Origin: Eledone cirrhosa
Lineage: Eukaryota
Direction of reading: 5' to 3'
DNA length: 64,000 nucleotides
Assembly (NCBI GenBank): GCA_964016885.1
Contig: OZ024746.1
Coordinates: forward strand, 63,054,001-63,118,000
Below are positions 1 through 14,080 of this stretch, one piece after another (positions within the stretch are counted from its first letter, which is position 1; each line of letters begins with the position of its first letter). The notes under the pieces were generated by a model. That model did no database searches. It saw only the letters and a list, made by a program, of their open reading frames with translations, and was not told the DNA's origin. The translations under genes and the position numbers were made by a program.

Positions 1-401
1 TGATATCGTGTTATGACCTGTCACGTGATTTGGCGTAGGTGAGTGTAAACTGTGCTGGTGAAAATGCTGCTTTGGTAATGTTCTTGGTGTGGTCAGAGCA
101 AGAAGTGTAAAAAAAAAAGTAGGTTCGTCAGCTTGGTAAAATGTAAGAGAAGAGGGTGCACGTTGTAGAGTTAGTCTAGGTCACTAAATACCTAGAGTGA
201 CGGCTCTGGCTACAATTACGTCTCGGTCACTGAATTTTACCATGGAAACCATATATAATTAATTAACGTGTTCATTCTCCTTTTATGCTGTTATTAGCTT
301 ATTTTGCTCGTTTCTTTTGTGAAATATGATATATTAAGAACAAAAAAATATATTAATAGCCTGTTGGGTTACTGCCAATAGAAATGATAAATGATTCATA
401 T

Positions 402-574
402 AATTGTTTCTACTTTAGGCACAAGGCCAGCAATTATCCAGTGCATTACTGGTACTTTATTTTATCTACCCCGTAAGGATGAAAGGCAAAGTCAACCTCC
501 GCGGGATTTGAACTCAGATCATAAAGGGACGTAACTATGCTGGAAAACATGGCGTCCGACCCTCTACCGATACT
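402..574 (-). mobile_element. tRNA-derived SINE, family A
   Basis: Reverse complement matches the full copy at 35091-35276 (B box GAGTTCAAATCC, central GCCTTTCATCCTTACGGGGT..ATAAAATAAAGTACCAG, tail GGCCTTGTGCCTAAAGTAGAAAC). Confidence 0.85.
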
Positions 575-629
575 AATGACCGATAATACCTCTTTGGTAC
601 TTTTTTGTGTATTAATATATACAAGGGCG

Positions 630-930
630 CTGAGAACAACTTTGCCTTTCACCCTTCTGGGATCGATAAAATAAAGTACCAGTCAAGTACTGAGGTTGAT
701 TTAATCAACTTTACGCTTCCCCAAAATTTGCTGACCTTGTGCCTAAATTAGAAATCAATGTATAGAAATAAAGGCAGCGAATTGGCAGAGTCGTTAGAAT
801 GTCGGATAGAATGCTTTGCAGTATCCATTCCAGCTTTCAGCGCTCAGAGTTCAAAACCTGCCAAGGTCAACTTTGCCTTTCATCCTTCCGGGCCCGATAA
901 TAAGAGAACCGGTCTAGTACTTGGGTCAAT
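630..930 (+). mobile_element. Two diverged SINE family A copies (partial plus near-full)
   Basis: CAACTTTGCCTTTCA(C/T)CCTTC central domain occurs twice; A/B-box-like TGGCAGAGTCG and GAGTTCAAAAC. Confidence 0.7.
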
Positions 931-1534
931 TCTTCCTCTATATTTCTTTCTCCGTCCTATGTAATTTGGTAGTAGATTTGGCAGCTATTTCTGGCAGATC
1001 GAACGACTCTTTAGAGGCCCATTTATTGATTTCATGTACATGTTAAGTACTTCCTTGAGGTCAATTGTGGTTTTATTAGCCTAATTATTTTATCTCTTTG
1101 TATGTATATGTATGTGTATGCATGTGCGTATGTGAGTATGTGTGTGTGTATGCGCGTGAGATCGTTATCAAATGAAACTACAAAAAAGTAATACAATATA
1201 CAACCATATTCCTTTGTCGTTAAGTTGGCGTAGTTAAGTACTGCGGTCGATATTATTGACTATACCGCTCCCCCGCCCCTCGCTCAAAATGTCTGGCCTT
1301 ACACTTACGCGAGAAATCAATTGTTGATCCTCCATCGGTTTCCACGATGAATATACAGTTTTTCGATCAATTTAACGTCCAACTTGTGAATTAGCATGTA
1401 AGTAGTTGAGTATTCCATAGATACGTGTATGTACCCATAACATAGTTCCAAACCAGAATCAGTGTGACACATTATGTGACAAGGTTAGAACATGAAATTA
1501 CTGTTATAGTTTTGTTGAGCTGTGGTAACGAGGG

Positions 1535-1742
1535 AGCATTTATGTGGTCGCTCTACTTGCTAGAAATAGCGGCTAATTTTCCCTCAAATTACACCCTATT
1601 GCCTTAAAAACTGGGAGGAGACATTAGATAATATAGTGCTCTATGCTCTTGCTTTAATAATAAAAAAGGACGGGATGGTCACAGTTGGAGCGCCTTTGAT
1701 CATATTTATGTCGACCTGTGTCTAAACAACAACAACAATAGC
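1535..1742 (+). repeat. Dispersed repeat family B (CTAGAAATAGCAGCCAA...TTTGATCAT...AAACAACAACAA)
   Basis: Related segments recur at ~3870, 48320-49330 and 60690-60865. Confidence 0.6.
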
Positions 1743-1844
1743 AACTGCGGAGAACCAGAACGAATACCGAAAACCATTCTATCAGACGTTCTCTGCCAAT
1801 TCGCCACTTGTACAAATGTTAATCTTACTATAACCAAACATCAG

Positions 1845-2197
1845 AGCAGTGGATTGGCAGAATTGGTAAAGTCTTAGATAAACTGCTTTAAGGAATTTTT
1901 CCTAGCCCTTTACATTTTCGAGTCCAAATCCTACCGAGGTCAAATTTACCTTTCATCTTTCCGTGGTTGATAAATTAAAGTACCAGTTACATAGCAGGGA
2001 AAATTTACTCAATTTTCTCTTTCCCTAAATTGCTAGCCATGCGATTAAATTAGAAATCGGTGTCATCAATTTACCTGTCATCCTTCCGTGGTTGATAAAT
2101 TAAAGTACCAGTTACATAGCAAGGGAAATTTTACTCAGTTTTTCCCTTTTCCCTAAATTGCTAGCCTTGCGATTAAATTAGAAATCGGTGTCATCAA
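1845..2197 (+). mobile_element. Diverged SINE family A with tandemly duplicated 3' half
   Basis: TCCGTGGTTGATAAATTAAAGTACCAG...AGAAATCGGTGTCATCAAT occurs twice in tandem. Confidence 0.7.
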
Positions 2198-2371
2198 TGA
2201 TCAGTAATGTTTTCACTCATTGATCAGCCTTTATTGATTTTTCTTAGTTGAAATAGTGTTACTCAGCTCACGATCCAGGTAGTTACGCTTGGAGAAATAT
2301 CTCTTTTTGTAGGCGACCATAATGACCTAATATACGATATATGACCTGATGTCATACATGGGGCTGTTATT

Positions 2372-3146
2372 GATGTTGTTGGTGGTGATGTTGATGATGG
2401 TGGTGGTGGTGGGGGGGGGGGTTATTGTTGGTGATGGTGTTGGTGATGGTGTTGTCGTTGATGGTGGTGGTGGTGGTGGTGGTGTGGTGCTGGTGGTGGA
2501 GGTGGTACTGGTAGTGGTAGAGGTGGTGTTAGTGTTGGAGTTGTTGTTGATGGTGGTGGTGGTGGTGGGGTGCTGGTGGTGGAGGTGGTACTGGTAGTGG
2601 TGGAGGTGGTGTTAGTGTTGGTGTTGTTGTTGATGGTGGTGGTGGTGGTGTTGTTGTTGGTGGTGGTGGTGGTGTTTTTGTTGCTGATGGTGGTGGTGGT
2701 GGTGGTGGTGTTAGTGGTGGTGGAGGTGTTGTTTGTGTTGCTGTTGGTGGTGGTGGTGCTGTTGTTGGTGGTGGTGGTGTTGGTGGTGGTAGTGGTGTAG
2801 GTGGTACTGGTAGTGGTGGAGGTAGTATTAGTGTTGGTGTTGTTGGTGGTGATGGTGTTAGTGGTGGTGGAGGTGGTGGTAGTGGTGGTGGAGACGGAGT
2901 TGTTGGGGGTGGGGGTTGTGGTGGCGGAGGAGGAGGCGTTTATGGGGGAGGGGGTAGCAAGCTCGAGTTCATCTCTGATTGTACAGGTGTTCCAGCTTGT
3001 ATTCATTTTTATTAAGACAATAGGGTATGATTTTGAGGGGAATTGGAAATTTGCTGCTGTTGGTAATGATGATGATGGTGATGATGATGATGATGATGAT
3101 GGTGATGATAATGACGATGATAATGATGGTATGATGATGTTGATGG

Positions 3147-3177
<31 letters not shown>

Positions 3178-3291
3178 GGTATGATAATAATGGTGATGAT
3201 AATGATCATGATGATGATGATGGTGGTGGTGGTGGTGGTGGTGGTGGTGGTGGTGGTGGTGGTGGTGATGGTGATGGTGATGATGATGATG

Positions 3292-3322
<31 letters not shown>

Positions 3323-3410
3323 GGAGGAGGAGGAGGAGGAGGAGGAGGAGGAGGAGGAGGAGGAGGAGGAGGAGGAGGAGGAGGAGGAGGAGGAGGAAGA
3401 GGAGGAGAGG
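2372..3410. repeat. Compound trinucleotide microsatellite (GGT/GTT, GAT, GAC, GGA)n
   Basis: Directly visible; source of the poly-V/T/H/P ORFs. Confidence 0.95.
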
Positions 3411-3479
3411 GATAAATGGAGGTATATTGAAAGGGAAAAGCAAACGAGAAAGAAAACATAATATATATGTGTATTGATT

Positions 3480-3690
3480 AATTATTTCTAATCTAGACAC
3501 AAGGCCAGCAATTTTGGAGAGGGGTGAAGTCGATAAAATCGACCCTAGTATATGACTGGTACTTTATTTCATCGGTACCAGAAGGTAATGTTGTCCTCAG
3601 TGGGATTTGAACTCAGAATGTAAAGAACTGGAATAAATGTCACAAAAAATGTCGCCCCATATGCTAATGGTTCTGTCAATCCCCCGTCCT
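3480..3690 (-). mobile_element. SINE family A copy
   Basis: CACAAGGCCAGCAATT...CTGGTACTTTATTT...GGGATTTGAACTCAG. Confidence 0.75.
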
Positions 3691-4509
3691 TTATATATAT
3701 ATATGTTAATTGATGAGAAGAAGGACATCACTTAATGATGTTTATAGATCATCTCAGTCTAGTCAGATCGATTATCGATGATGTTCATATTCAGTTTAAA
3801 CAAGCAGAGAGCGATGTCTGTAAGATAAATATTTGAGCGTTGATCTGGATCTAGTGAGAGAGATATTTAAGTGGTCGCTTGACTTGTGAGAAATAACAGC
3901 CAAATCTCCCTCATTTCTCGTTGTTACTCAGATTGATGACAAAAAAAAAAATGAAAAGAAAGATGGATACTAGCAACAACAACCATTGAAAAGAAACCAT
4001 GGAAGACATTTTTTAAGGCCTGAATACAAACGACGTGAAACTATGTTTTCCGTGGATCTTATTTCTTCCTCTAACCAGCTTAGTATTCATTACCGTGATT
4101 ACCTCCTGATGGCGGCGAATTGGCAGAAGCTTACTTTCATGGATACGGCATAATTATAACAATGAGGAGTTATGTCTTGTCTCAGTACCGAGTAAGTACA
4201 TGTCACCAATGATGGTTAAACATCTAGAAACGTGTCTGAAATATTATATAGCTACTGAGATAACTATTACTTGATCACAGCTAAAATAGTCATATCGTGA
4301 CTCTTGTGTGTTTATTATACATAAACATATCATATATGCTTTCATTTAAAAGAGAGAGAGAGATGAATCAGTTAAAATATAAACTGACTCATTGGCTGCT
4401 TAATGAACACAACCACAAGGATATGCTCCGAACGTGGAAGAGCCGAACTCCCGCTGTCATCGCCTCCATCTCTCTCGCCCCCCCCCCCCCCCTCCCCATC
4501 TCTCTGTAC

Positions 4510-4812
4510 GTCAGATAGAATGATTTGCGGTATTGGTTCCGGCTCTCTGCTCTCCGAGTTCAAATCCCGCTGAAATCAACTTTATCTTTCATCCTTTCGA
4601 TATCGATAAAATAAAGTACACATCTAGTACTGAGGGGTCGATAATTCCTCTATATCGCTTTCTCACTTCCGTTCTCTCACTCTCTATCATTTTCTGAAAG
4701 AAATCAGATGCGTTCAGACCGACAAAGGAGATGGGCTCCACCAGGTTTTAAAATGCCGAGGAAACGCCGTTTGTTAATATGGCGCCCAAACGACTCCAAC
4801 AGGAGTTACGGG
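4510..4812 (+). mobile_element. SINE family A head followed by ~110-nt module C
   Basis: B box GAGTTCAAATCC and central domain, CT-rich linker, then GAAATC.G...GGAGTTACGG module. Confidence 0.6.
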
Positions 4813-5203
4813 TCCATACATATATATGATTACTTTCTTAGTCATTCACACATTATACATTTGTTTATACCTTGTACTAATGCTGAAAATGACCGTTTGC
4901 TGACCTACGTATTTATCTACATACTCTACCCTAGACTTATTCCATCTCATTTCACTTCATCTTATTTAATTGTGTGTTAGGCAAATTTGTTTCTTTCTTC
5001 TCTTTTGTCTTCACTTCCGCTTTTATCAAACTCTTACAACGCCATTTTTTTTTTATATCGTATATCTGTCTCTGCTGTTATTATTCCATTTGCAACTAAG
5101 TTGCCTTATACATACATACATACATACATACATACATACATACATACATACATACATACATACATACATACATACGTATGTATGTACATACATATATAAA
5201 TAT

Positions 5204-5272
<69 letters not shown>

Positions 5273-5899
5273 TATATATATTGTGTATATATATATGTGT
5301 GTGTGTATATATGAGAGTATATGAGTGTTTGTATGTTTGTATGCATGTTTGTATGAAGACGAAAAGACTCCGTAGCGTTGCTTCCTATGGAAAAACGGGT
5401 TTGATTTTCGAAATCTGAATTTCTTAATTCCAAAAAGAATAAAACAAAAACAAAAAATAGAAAATGACTATTACAGTGACAATTTAAGTAGTCTGTCTTT
5501 TATTGATCATCTCATGCATTCTTTCAACGTGGCCCTATTATTCCACCCATCCATGCCGCTAGCAAGGGACATTGTTTTCGCTATGAGGCAGAGAGTTGTC
5601 CTCACAGAAGTCACACGATATTTACGTGAAGACGCTCACGCTAAAGTACACAATAAGCAACTGATACCTCTTTAACATAGTTGAGTAAATTTCCATAGAA
5701 ACTACCTTGGGGAAAACTGACGATTCACGAGAACGGACCACGGGAATACCGTTCGTTTTATGTAACTGTGTGCATTTTCTTCTGCTAATATATCTATATA
5801 CTTCAGTATTTGCCTTGCACTTTATTTTATCAACCTCGGAAATATTAAAGGTCATGTTGACCTCGACAAGACTTCAATTCAAAATATAAAGTAAGGAAT

Positions 5900-6320
5900 G
5901 GTTTCTTATATAGGCACAAGGCCAGCAATTTTGGGGGAGGGGAAGTCGATTAAATCGACTCCAGTGCGTGACTGGTACTTTATTTTGTCGACCCCGTAAG
6001 GATGAAATTTAACCTCGGCAGGATTTGAACTCAGATCATAAAGGGCAGGAATAAAACTAAATAGTGCAAGAGTTAGGTGCTCTACCGATTCTGCCATATA
6101 TCTCACCATCGAACTTACGTGTATTGATTTATGACATTGACACAAGCCTACCCACATTTTCAGGGAACGTTGTTAGTGATAAAATCGACTCTTCTATTCT
6201 ATTTTATTGATCTCAACAGTATGAAAGGTAATGTTGGTCTTGGCTGGATTTGAACTCATAACGTATATGACTATCACTAAAACATTCTTTCCCACGCTCT
6301 AATGATCCTATCGATCCACT
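5900..6320 (-). mobile_element. Two SINE family A copies
   Basis: GGCACAAGGCCAGCAATT, GGATTTGAACTCA motifs. Confidence 0.7.
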
Positions 6321-7017
6321 AAACCATATAAAATTAATTAGTTTTTTTTCCCACATATAAAGATCTTTTGTTAACGTTTTATTCTCAAACATTTCTTATT
6401 TCAATTCATACAACACAATGCGTACAGTTCGTAAGCTGGCTGGTTCATTTCATGAAAATATCCGTGTTCGCTTTGCATAACCATTAAAGCAGCTTATGTA
6501 GGTTACAATATTTAAGTTAATGTCAATATATTTAGTTAATGGGCGATAAAAAAAAATTATGAGAAATAACATGCAGTGAGGAAAAAACTACGAAGTGTGT
6601 GGACAATAAGGACGACTCTATTGAAAATAAACCTCAGTTTCGTCACATTCCATGAGAGTATCTTGGTCAGCCTATGAACGTTTCAGCTGACCCTCATAAG
6701 TTAATCTCTGACTAATATCTATATTTCTGACAAGCTGTTAACGCAATCATGTTTACGTGTTATACTGACCTTATAAGCGAAGTATAGTCCTCTTTGTTCT
6801 TGTCGAAGCAGTGAAAAGTAGATCACTAAGTAAATATACAACTTTAGGTATTTGGTTGACCTAGAAAAATGTGAGTGTTTCAGGGAAGCCATCTGCATAA
6901 AATCAATACTTAAGTTAGTAACATATTTAATGCACATGTAGCATTATATAGATAAGTTGAGATAAAGGTAGTGAGCCAAATATAGAGAAAGATAAACAGA
7001 CTGGCTAGCAGACAGGC

Positions 7018-7019
<2 letters not shown>

Positions 7020-7103
<84 letters not shown>
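7020..7103. repeat. (TAGA)n microsatellite (unoccupied TATC-type array)
   Basis: Directly visible. Confidence 0.95.
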
Positions 7104-7104
<1 letters not shown>

Positions 7105-8436
7105 AAAATCGGATGTGTTCAGACCTGGAGAGGATTGGGCTTCGCCAGGTTTAAAAGTGCCCTAGACACGCCGTATGGCCGTGCCTCTACGACTCCACAA
7201 GGAGTTATGGTATTATAACGGAATACTCCTATGTTTTACCGGTGAAGATTCGAAACCGAATCTGGGCTTTCCCGCTCTTGGACAATCTATCGTTGGAAGT
7301 TCTCACCATTGTCTTTTCAAGACAACGATGATAAATGTACATTCCATTTGACCTGTGACCCCGACCTCTTGGGAGACGATAACCATAGGTCTGATCATAA
7401 ATCAACCTCATATATCCATCCTTCTAACTTTAGCACTTATTATAAATACAAGGAGTTAAGGAAACCAGGGGTCAGACTCGAATCAGCAGTCAACAGACGA
7501 TAAGCGATGTAGACATTAGCAGGCCTTTCACCCTATCTTTCTCCTGGTCCTTACTGGCTTACCTCCTCAGCTACCGAAACAGCCAGACAGCCAGTCATGC
7601 CTGCCTGACAGATTGACCACTACTACTATGAGAATAAGATATTCTAAGAATAGGCACACACACACACACACATAGTAAGTTCATATTGTTTACATTATAC
7701 TCTCATCCTATTCTTCCTAACATATTGTATCTGCAAGACACAACACAACTGATACTATATAGTCTTCTCTGATAGATACATTCGCATTAGCTCGTAGCAG
7801 CTAATAATTTAATGTACGGATATTTTCCTGTCATTAATTTTATTACTCAATGTTAAAATCGAATATTGTTATTGTAAAACAAACATTGTTAACAACTCAA
7901 TCATGGCATTATACTTTTCATCGAAACTATCACACAAAGAATACAACTTATCCGTTACAGGATCTTTATCCTTTATAATTCCACTACCGATTTCAGTAGT
8001 GGAATGTTATAAAGACAGCGTGTATAAAAATAACATACGCTGTATTTATTCCCTGTTGAACTCTCAAGGTAGACATTAAACCTAGAGTTATAAGGAACAG
8101 TTATGAAAGCACGGGTGTGCTTTACCTTAGAGAACCTGAGAACTCTGTGGCGTCTGAACCAGCGAATTAATTTCTGTTTAATGTAGCAAAATATATTCCC
8201 CTTAATGACCCTCACGCTCTCTTTGAAATAGCGAATTATGTATTTTAAAGCCTGAATAATACAACATGTACAAGATGTTAAGTACAAGATGTCGATCAAA
8301 CAACAAGATTCAACTGTACTAATACCCCTGACATCGAGATGTTGGATCTGTGTTATTATTAAGAGTTCCCTTGGCTTATATTTCAAACAGACCAAATGAC
8401 TGCCTGGAGTTTTCCCTCGTTAGCATGATATTTTTG

Positions 8437-8530
<94 letters not shown>

Positions 8531-8702
8531 CCACACACACCCACATACACACACAAATATATATATATATATGCACACACACATACATACATATATATGT
8601 ATGTATATTTATATACATACAGATATATATATATATAGTAAGTAAGTAAATTTTTATAATTTTCTTATTTTACGTCTTTCATATATATATATATATATAT
8701 AT

Positions 8703-9465
<763 letters not shown>

Positions 9466-9491
9466 TATACATACATATACATGTATGTGTG

Positions 9492-9546
<55 letters not shown>

Positions 9547-10099
9547 ATGTGGGTGGGTGTGGGTGTATGTGTTTATGTGGGTGGGTGTGGGTGTATGTGT
9601 GTATGTGGGTGGGTGTGGGTGTATGTGTGTGTGGGTGTGGGTGTGTATGTGTGTGTGTGTGTGTGTGTCTGCGTGTGTATGTATGTTTTATTTCGTTTCT
9701 ATGCGGAAGAGTTTATTTCTTTCATATGTCACATGTGAATAGGAAATGATATTCCAGTCATTCCTTATGGATATTTTTACATCATCACAGGGGGGGGGGG
9801 AGGTGTAGGAAGAAGAAGAAGAAGAAGAAGAGGAAAAAGAAAAGGAAAAGGAAAAAGAAAAAGAAAAAGAAAAAGAAAAAGAAAAGGTAAAAGAAGAAAA
9901 AGAAAAGGTAAAAGAAGAAGAAGAAGAAGAAGAAGAAGAAGAAGAAGAAGAAGAAGAAGAAGAAGAAGAAGAAGAAGAAGAAGAAGAGGAACGCAAGTAT
10001 TTTAGTAATCTCGGACAAGTATGGACAGTACGACATGTAAATATAATTCTAATGTAAATATAATTCGAGTGTTTCATTCGCATTTGTATATAATATATA

Positions 10100-11051
10100 T
10101 ACATTCCCGGATCATTGCATTCTATGAATGTATATAATGTAGTACATTACCTGATCATTGAATTCTATGTATGTATATAATATCCATTACTTAATCATTG
10201 AATACTATGTATGTATATAACATACATTACCGGATCATTGAATTCTATGTATGTATATAATATCCATTACTTAATCATTGAATACTATGTATGTATATAA
10301 CATACATTACCGGATCATTGGATTCTATGTATGTATATAACATACATTACCGGATCATTGAATTCTATGTATGTATATAATATCCATTACTTAATCATTG
10401 AATTCTATGTATGTATATAACATACATTACCGGATCATTGAATTCTATGTATGTATATAATATCCATTACTTAATCATTGAATTCTATGTATGTATATAA
10501 TATACATTACTTAATCATTGGATTCTATGTATGTATATAACATACATTACTTAATCATTGGATTCTATGTATGTATATAACATACATTACTTAATCATTG
10601 GATTCTATGTATGTATATAATATCCATTACTTAATCATTGGATTCTATGTATGTATATAATATCCATTACTTAATCATTGGATTCTATGTATGTATATAA
10701 TATCCATTACTTAATCATTGGATTCTATGTATGTATATAATATCCATTACTTAATCATTGGATTCTATGTATGTATATAACATACATTACCGGATCATTG
10801 GATTCTATGTATGTATATAATATCCATTACTTAATCATTGGATTCTATGTATGTATATAATATACATTACTTAATCATTGGATTCTATGTATGTATATAA
10901 CATACATTACTTAATCAATGGATTCTATGTATGTATATAATATCCATTACTTAATCATTGAATTCTATCGATGTATATAATATATATTACTTAATCATTG
11001 AATTCTATCGATGTATATAATATATATTACTTGATCATTGAATTCCGTGTA
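10100..11051. repeat. 40-bp minisatellite array 1 (TACATTACCTGATCATTGAATTCTATGTATGTATATAATA variants)
   Basis: About 24 units with interleaved variants. Confidence 0.95.
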
Positions 11052-11820
11052 TCATAATATAATAAAGAGAGAAGTGCGGGACTATGTCCTGAATATATAT
11101 TTTTTATCCCTCTAGTAAAATAAGTTGGATTACTTTGAATAAATAATTGTTTCTACTTTAGGCACAAGGCCAGCAATCACCCAGTGCATTACTGGTACTT
11201 TATTTTATCGATCCCGTAAGGATGAAAGGCAAAGTCAACCTCGGTGGGATTTGAACTCAGATCGTAAAGGGACGTAACTATGCTGGAAAGCAGGGTGTCC
11301 GACCCTCTACCGATACTGCCAATTGAATAAATAATTGTTTCTACTTTTTGGCACAAGGCCAGCAATTATAATGAATGAATATTAGATAATTTATGTACTA
11401 AATTTCGTAGCTGTTGATTAAACATAAATATTCTTATATATAATGATTGCTTATTTTAAAATTCACTTCTTTTAAAATTTTCAAATGTCAATACTTCCGG
11501 TTATGGTATAACGTATGCTATATCACATCGCTTATATATACGTTCATATACTTGCATTCTTATATAAAGTTTATATTTCTGTCTCTAATTTTCTCCTTTT
11601 TCGTTTTCATAAAATTTCACCGTAATGCAGTTTATATATAATATCGTCTTTTTTTAATGTATCATGGATTACTTTACTGATTACAGAAGACAATGTAACA
11701 CAGTCTCTCTTCAATTTCTCTGCATATTGTCAATCACTATTTTATTTGATGTATCATATCTACGTGCATGTATATTTGCGTATAATATCAATATGCACAT
11801 GTTAACAGAAAACCACCCGA
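11052..11820 (+). mobile_element. Non-autonomous Helitron-like element, copy 1 (3' end eroded, SINE-interrupted)
   Basis: Starts A|TC..TATAATAAAG; colinear with 12253-12760. Confidence 0.55.
11148..11322 (-). mobile_element. SINE family A with target-site duplication TTGAATAAATAAT
   Basis: TSD at 11135-11147 and 11323-11335; absent from the paralogous site near 12340. Confidence 0.85.
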
Positions 11821-12252
11821 ATATACAATACTTAATCATTGAATTCTGTGTATGTATATGATATACATTACCTGATCATTGAATTCTATGTATGTATATA
11901 ATATACATTACCTGATCATTGAATTCTATGTATGTATATAATATACATTACCTGATCATTGAATTCTATGTATGTATATAATATACATTACCTGATCATT
12001 GAATTCTATGTATGTATATAATATACATTACCTGATCATTGAATTCTATGTATGTATATAATATACATTACCTGATCATTGAATTCTATGTATGTATATA
12101 ATATACATTACCTGATCATTGAATTCTATGTATGTATATAATATACATTACCTGATCATTGAATTCTATGTATGTATATAATATACATTACCTGATCATT
12201 GAATTCTATGTATGTATATAATATACATTACCTGATCCTTGAATTCTATGTA
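11821..12252. repeat. 40-bp minisatellite array 2 (homogeneous)
   Basis: About 11 near-identical units, period 40. Confidence 0.95.
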
Positions 12253-12760
12253 TCTAAACTATAATAAAGTAAGGAGCCCGGGACTGCGTACGGTTTATAA
12301 CATTTTTTATCCCATTAGTAAAATAAGTTGGATTACTTTGAATAAATAATGAATATTACATAATTTATCTACTAAATTACGTGGCTGTTGATTAAATATA
12401 TTTTGGTTATTTAAAGATTCACTTCTTTAAAATTTCTGAAATGTCAACACTTCCGGTTGGCCATCGCTTAAATAAACATACTAATTTTCTGTCACTAATT
12501 TTCTCCTAATGCGGTTTATATATAATATCGTCTTTTTTTTAAATGTATCATGGATTAAATAAGACAGTGTAACACAGTCTTCGATCAATTTCTGTTTATA
12601 TTGTCAATTACAATTTTATTTGATCATATCTACATGTATATATACTTGCGTATATATACTTGCGTATATACTTGCGTATATATACTTGCGTATATATACT
12701 TGCGTATATATACTTGCGTATAATACACTAGCAGAAAACCAAGGGTGGTTTTTCTGTTAG
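12253..12760 (+). mobile_element. Non-autonomous Helitron-like element, copy 2
   Basis: 5' TC, 3' TTAG (CTAG-like), subterminal hairpin 12723-12765, inserted between A and T of a satellite unit with no TSD; internal 16-bp tandem at ~12637-12720. Confidence 0.65.
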
Positions 12761-13015
12761 TGTATCTAATATACATTACCTGATCATTGAATTCTATGTA
12801 TGTGTATAATATACATAACTAGATCATTGAATTCTATGTATGTATAATCATTGAATTCTATGTATGTATAATCATTGAATTCTATATATGTATAATCATT
12901 GAATTCTATGTATGTATAATCATTGAATTCTATGTATGTATAATCATTGAATTCTATATATGTATAATCATTGAATTCTATATATGTATAATCATTGAAT
13001 TCTATGTATGTATAA
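12761..13015. repeat. Minisatellite array 3: 40-bp units then 24-bp deletion derivative (TCATTGAATTCTATGTATGTATAA)
   Basis: Period 24 visible from ~12825. Confidence 0.9.
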
Positions 13016-13461
13016 CGTACACTGTCTGATCTTACCATTGTAAGTATTTCTAATTATTGTCGGGTCTATCTTTACATTTGATAATAAATCAACATGGACA
13101 GGCATAAGCAGAAGTGGTTTTAGATGAGAGCAGACAGTTTGATGTATCATTAATTTACAGACAGTATTATATAGGTCATTCAGACACTAACACTTAGTCA
13201 TCTGATTGTATATATATATATATATATATATTATACGTATGTATGTATGTGTATATGTTTGAATGTGTATGTATTATGTGTATATATATATATATATATG
13301 CTTGAATGTATGTGTGTATTTATGTATATATATATATGTATGTGTGTATGTATATATATATATATATATGTATGTGTATATATATGTGTGTGTGTATATA
13401 TACGTGTGTCTGTGTGTGTGTGTATGTCTGTATACATATATATATATGTGTGTGTGCATAA

Positions 13462-13497
<36 letters not shown>

Positions 13498-13510
13498 GTA
13501 TGTATATTAT

Positions 13511-14080
13511 GTCGGGTCAGTCTTGAGTGCTACTGGTAACATGTAACCCAGTACAACCTGTCGCATGGTCGGGTCGTCGGCGACTAAACCGGCAACCCCA
13601 CCAAGTTTACTTGGTGAGGAGGGTGATTTTGGACACCCTGCAGGACAAAAAACAAAACCTAACAAAAGGCGGAAGAACTCATAAGAGTCAACGGCCATCC
13701 AAAAATGTGAAAATATGTATATACACATGTACATATGTATGTTTATGTATATGTGTATATACATGGGTGCATGTGTATGTATACGCCCAGGGCCATAGTC
13801 AGGCTGAATACCTGATCACGCGGTTAAACCACTGGGAGTGAAAGACCCCTAGCCTTTATCGGGGCATTCTTCTAGGAGAAGGCAACTCAGGAACCTGGGG
13901 TAACTCCGATATAAAACCTGCGGCTCAGTAGTTACCGATGATGTTGATCTTTTCTTCTTTTCGGGTTATAGCTACTGTCGCTCAGAGAGTGGGATTGGCT
14001 CAGTGCACAGTCTTTCCTCACTTTAAAAAAAATGTTCACGCACAGGCATTGCACGATAGAATTAATTGATAATCCTTAAT
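13511..14080 (+). mobile_element. Probable RTE-type LINE 5' UTR-derived repeat
   Basis: GGAGAAGGCAACTC...AAAACCTGCGGCT...GATGATGTTGA...GAG.GTGGGATTGG shared with 33932-34110; RTE assignment is recalled, not searched. Confidence 0.4.

Noticed and set aside
2349-3500. Long ORFs rich in V, T, H, P
   Set aside because: Translations of trinucleotide microsatellites on both strands; no domain or splice support
7973-8430. Possible decayed coding sequence or viral insert
   Set aside because: Multiple stops and no motif I recognise; needs tBLASTx
10100-12252. CRISPR-like regular array with palindromic unit
   Set aside because: Units are contiguous with no unique spacers, no cas genes, and the context is eukaryotic
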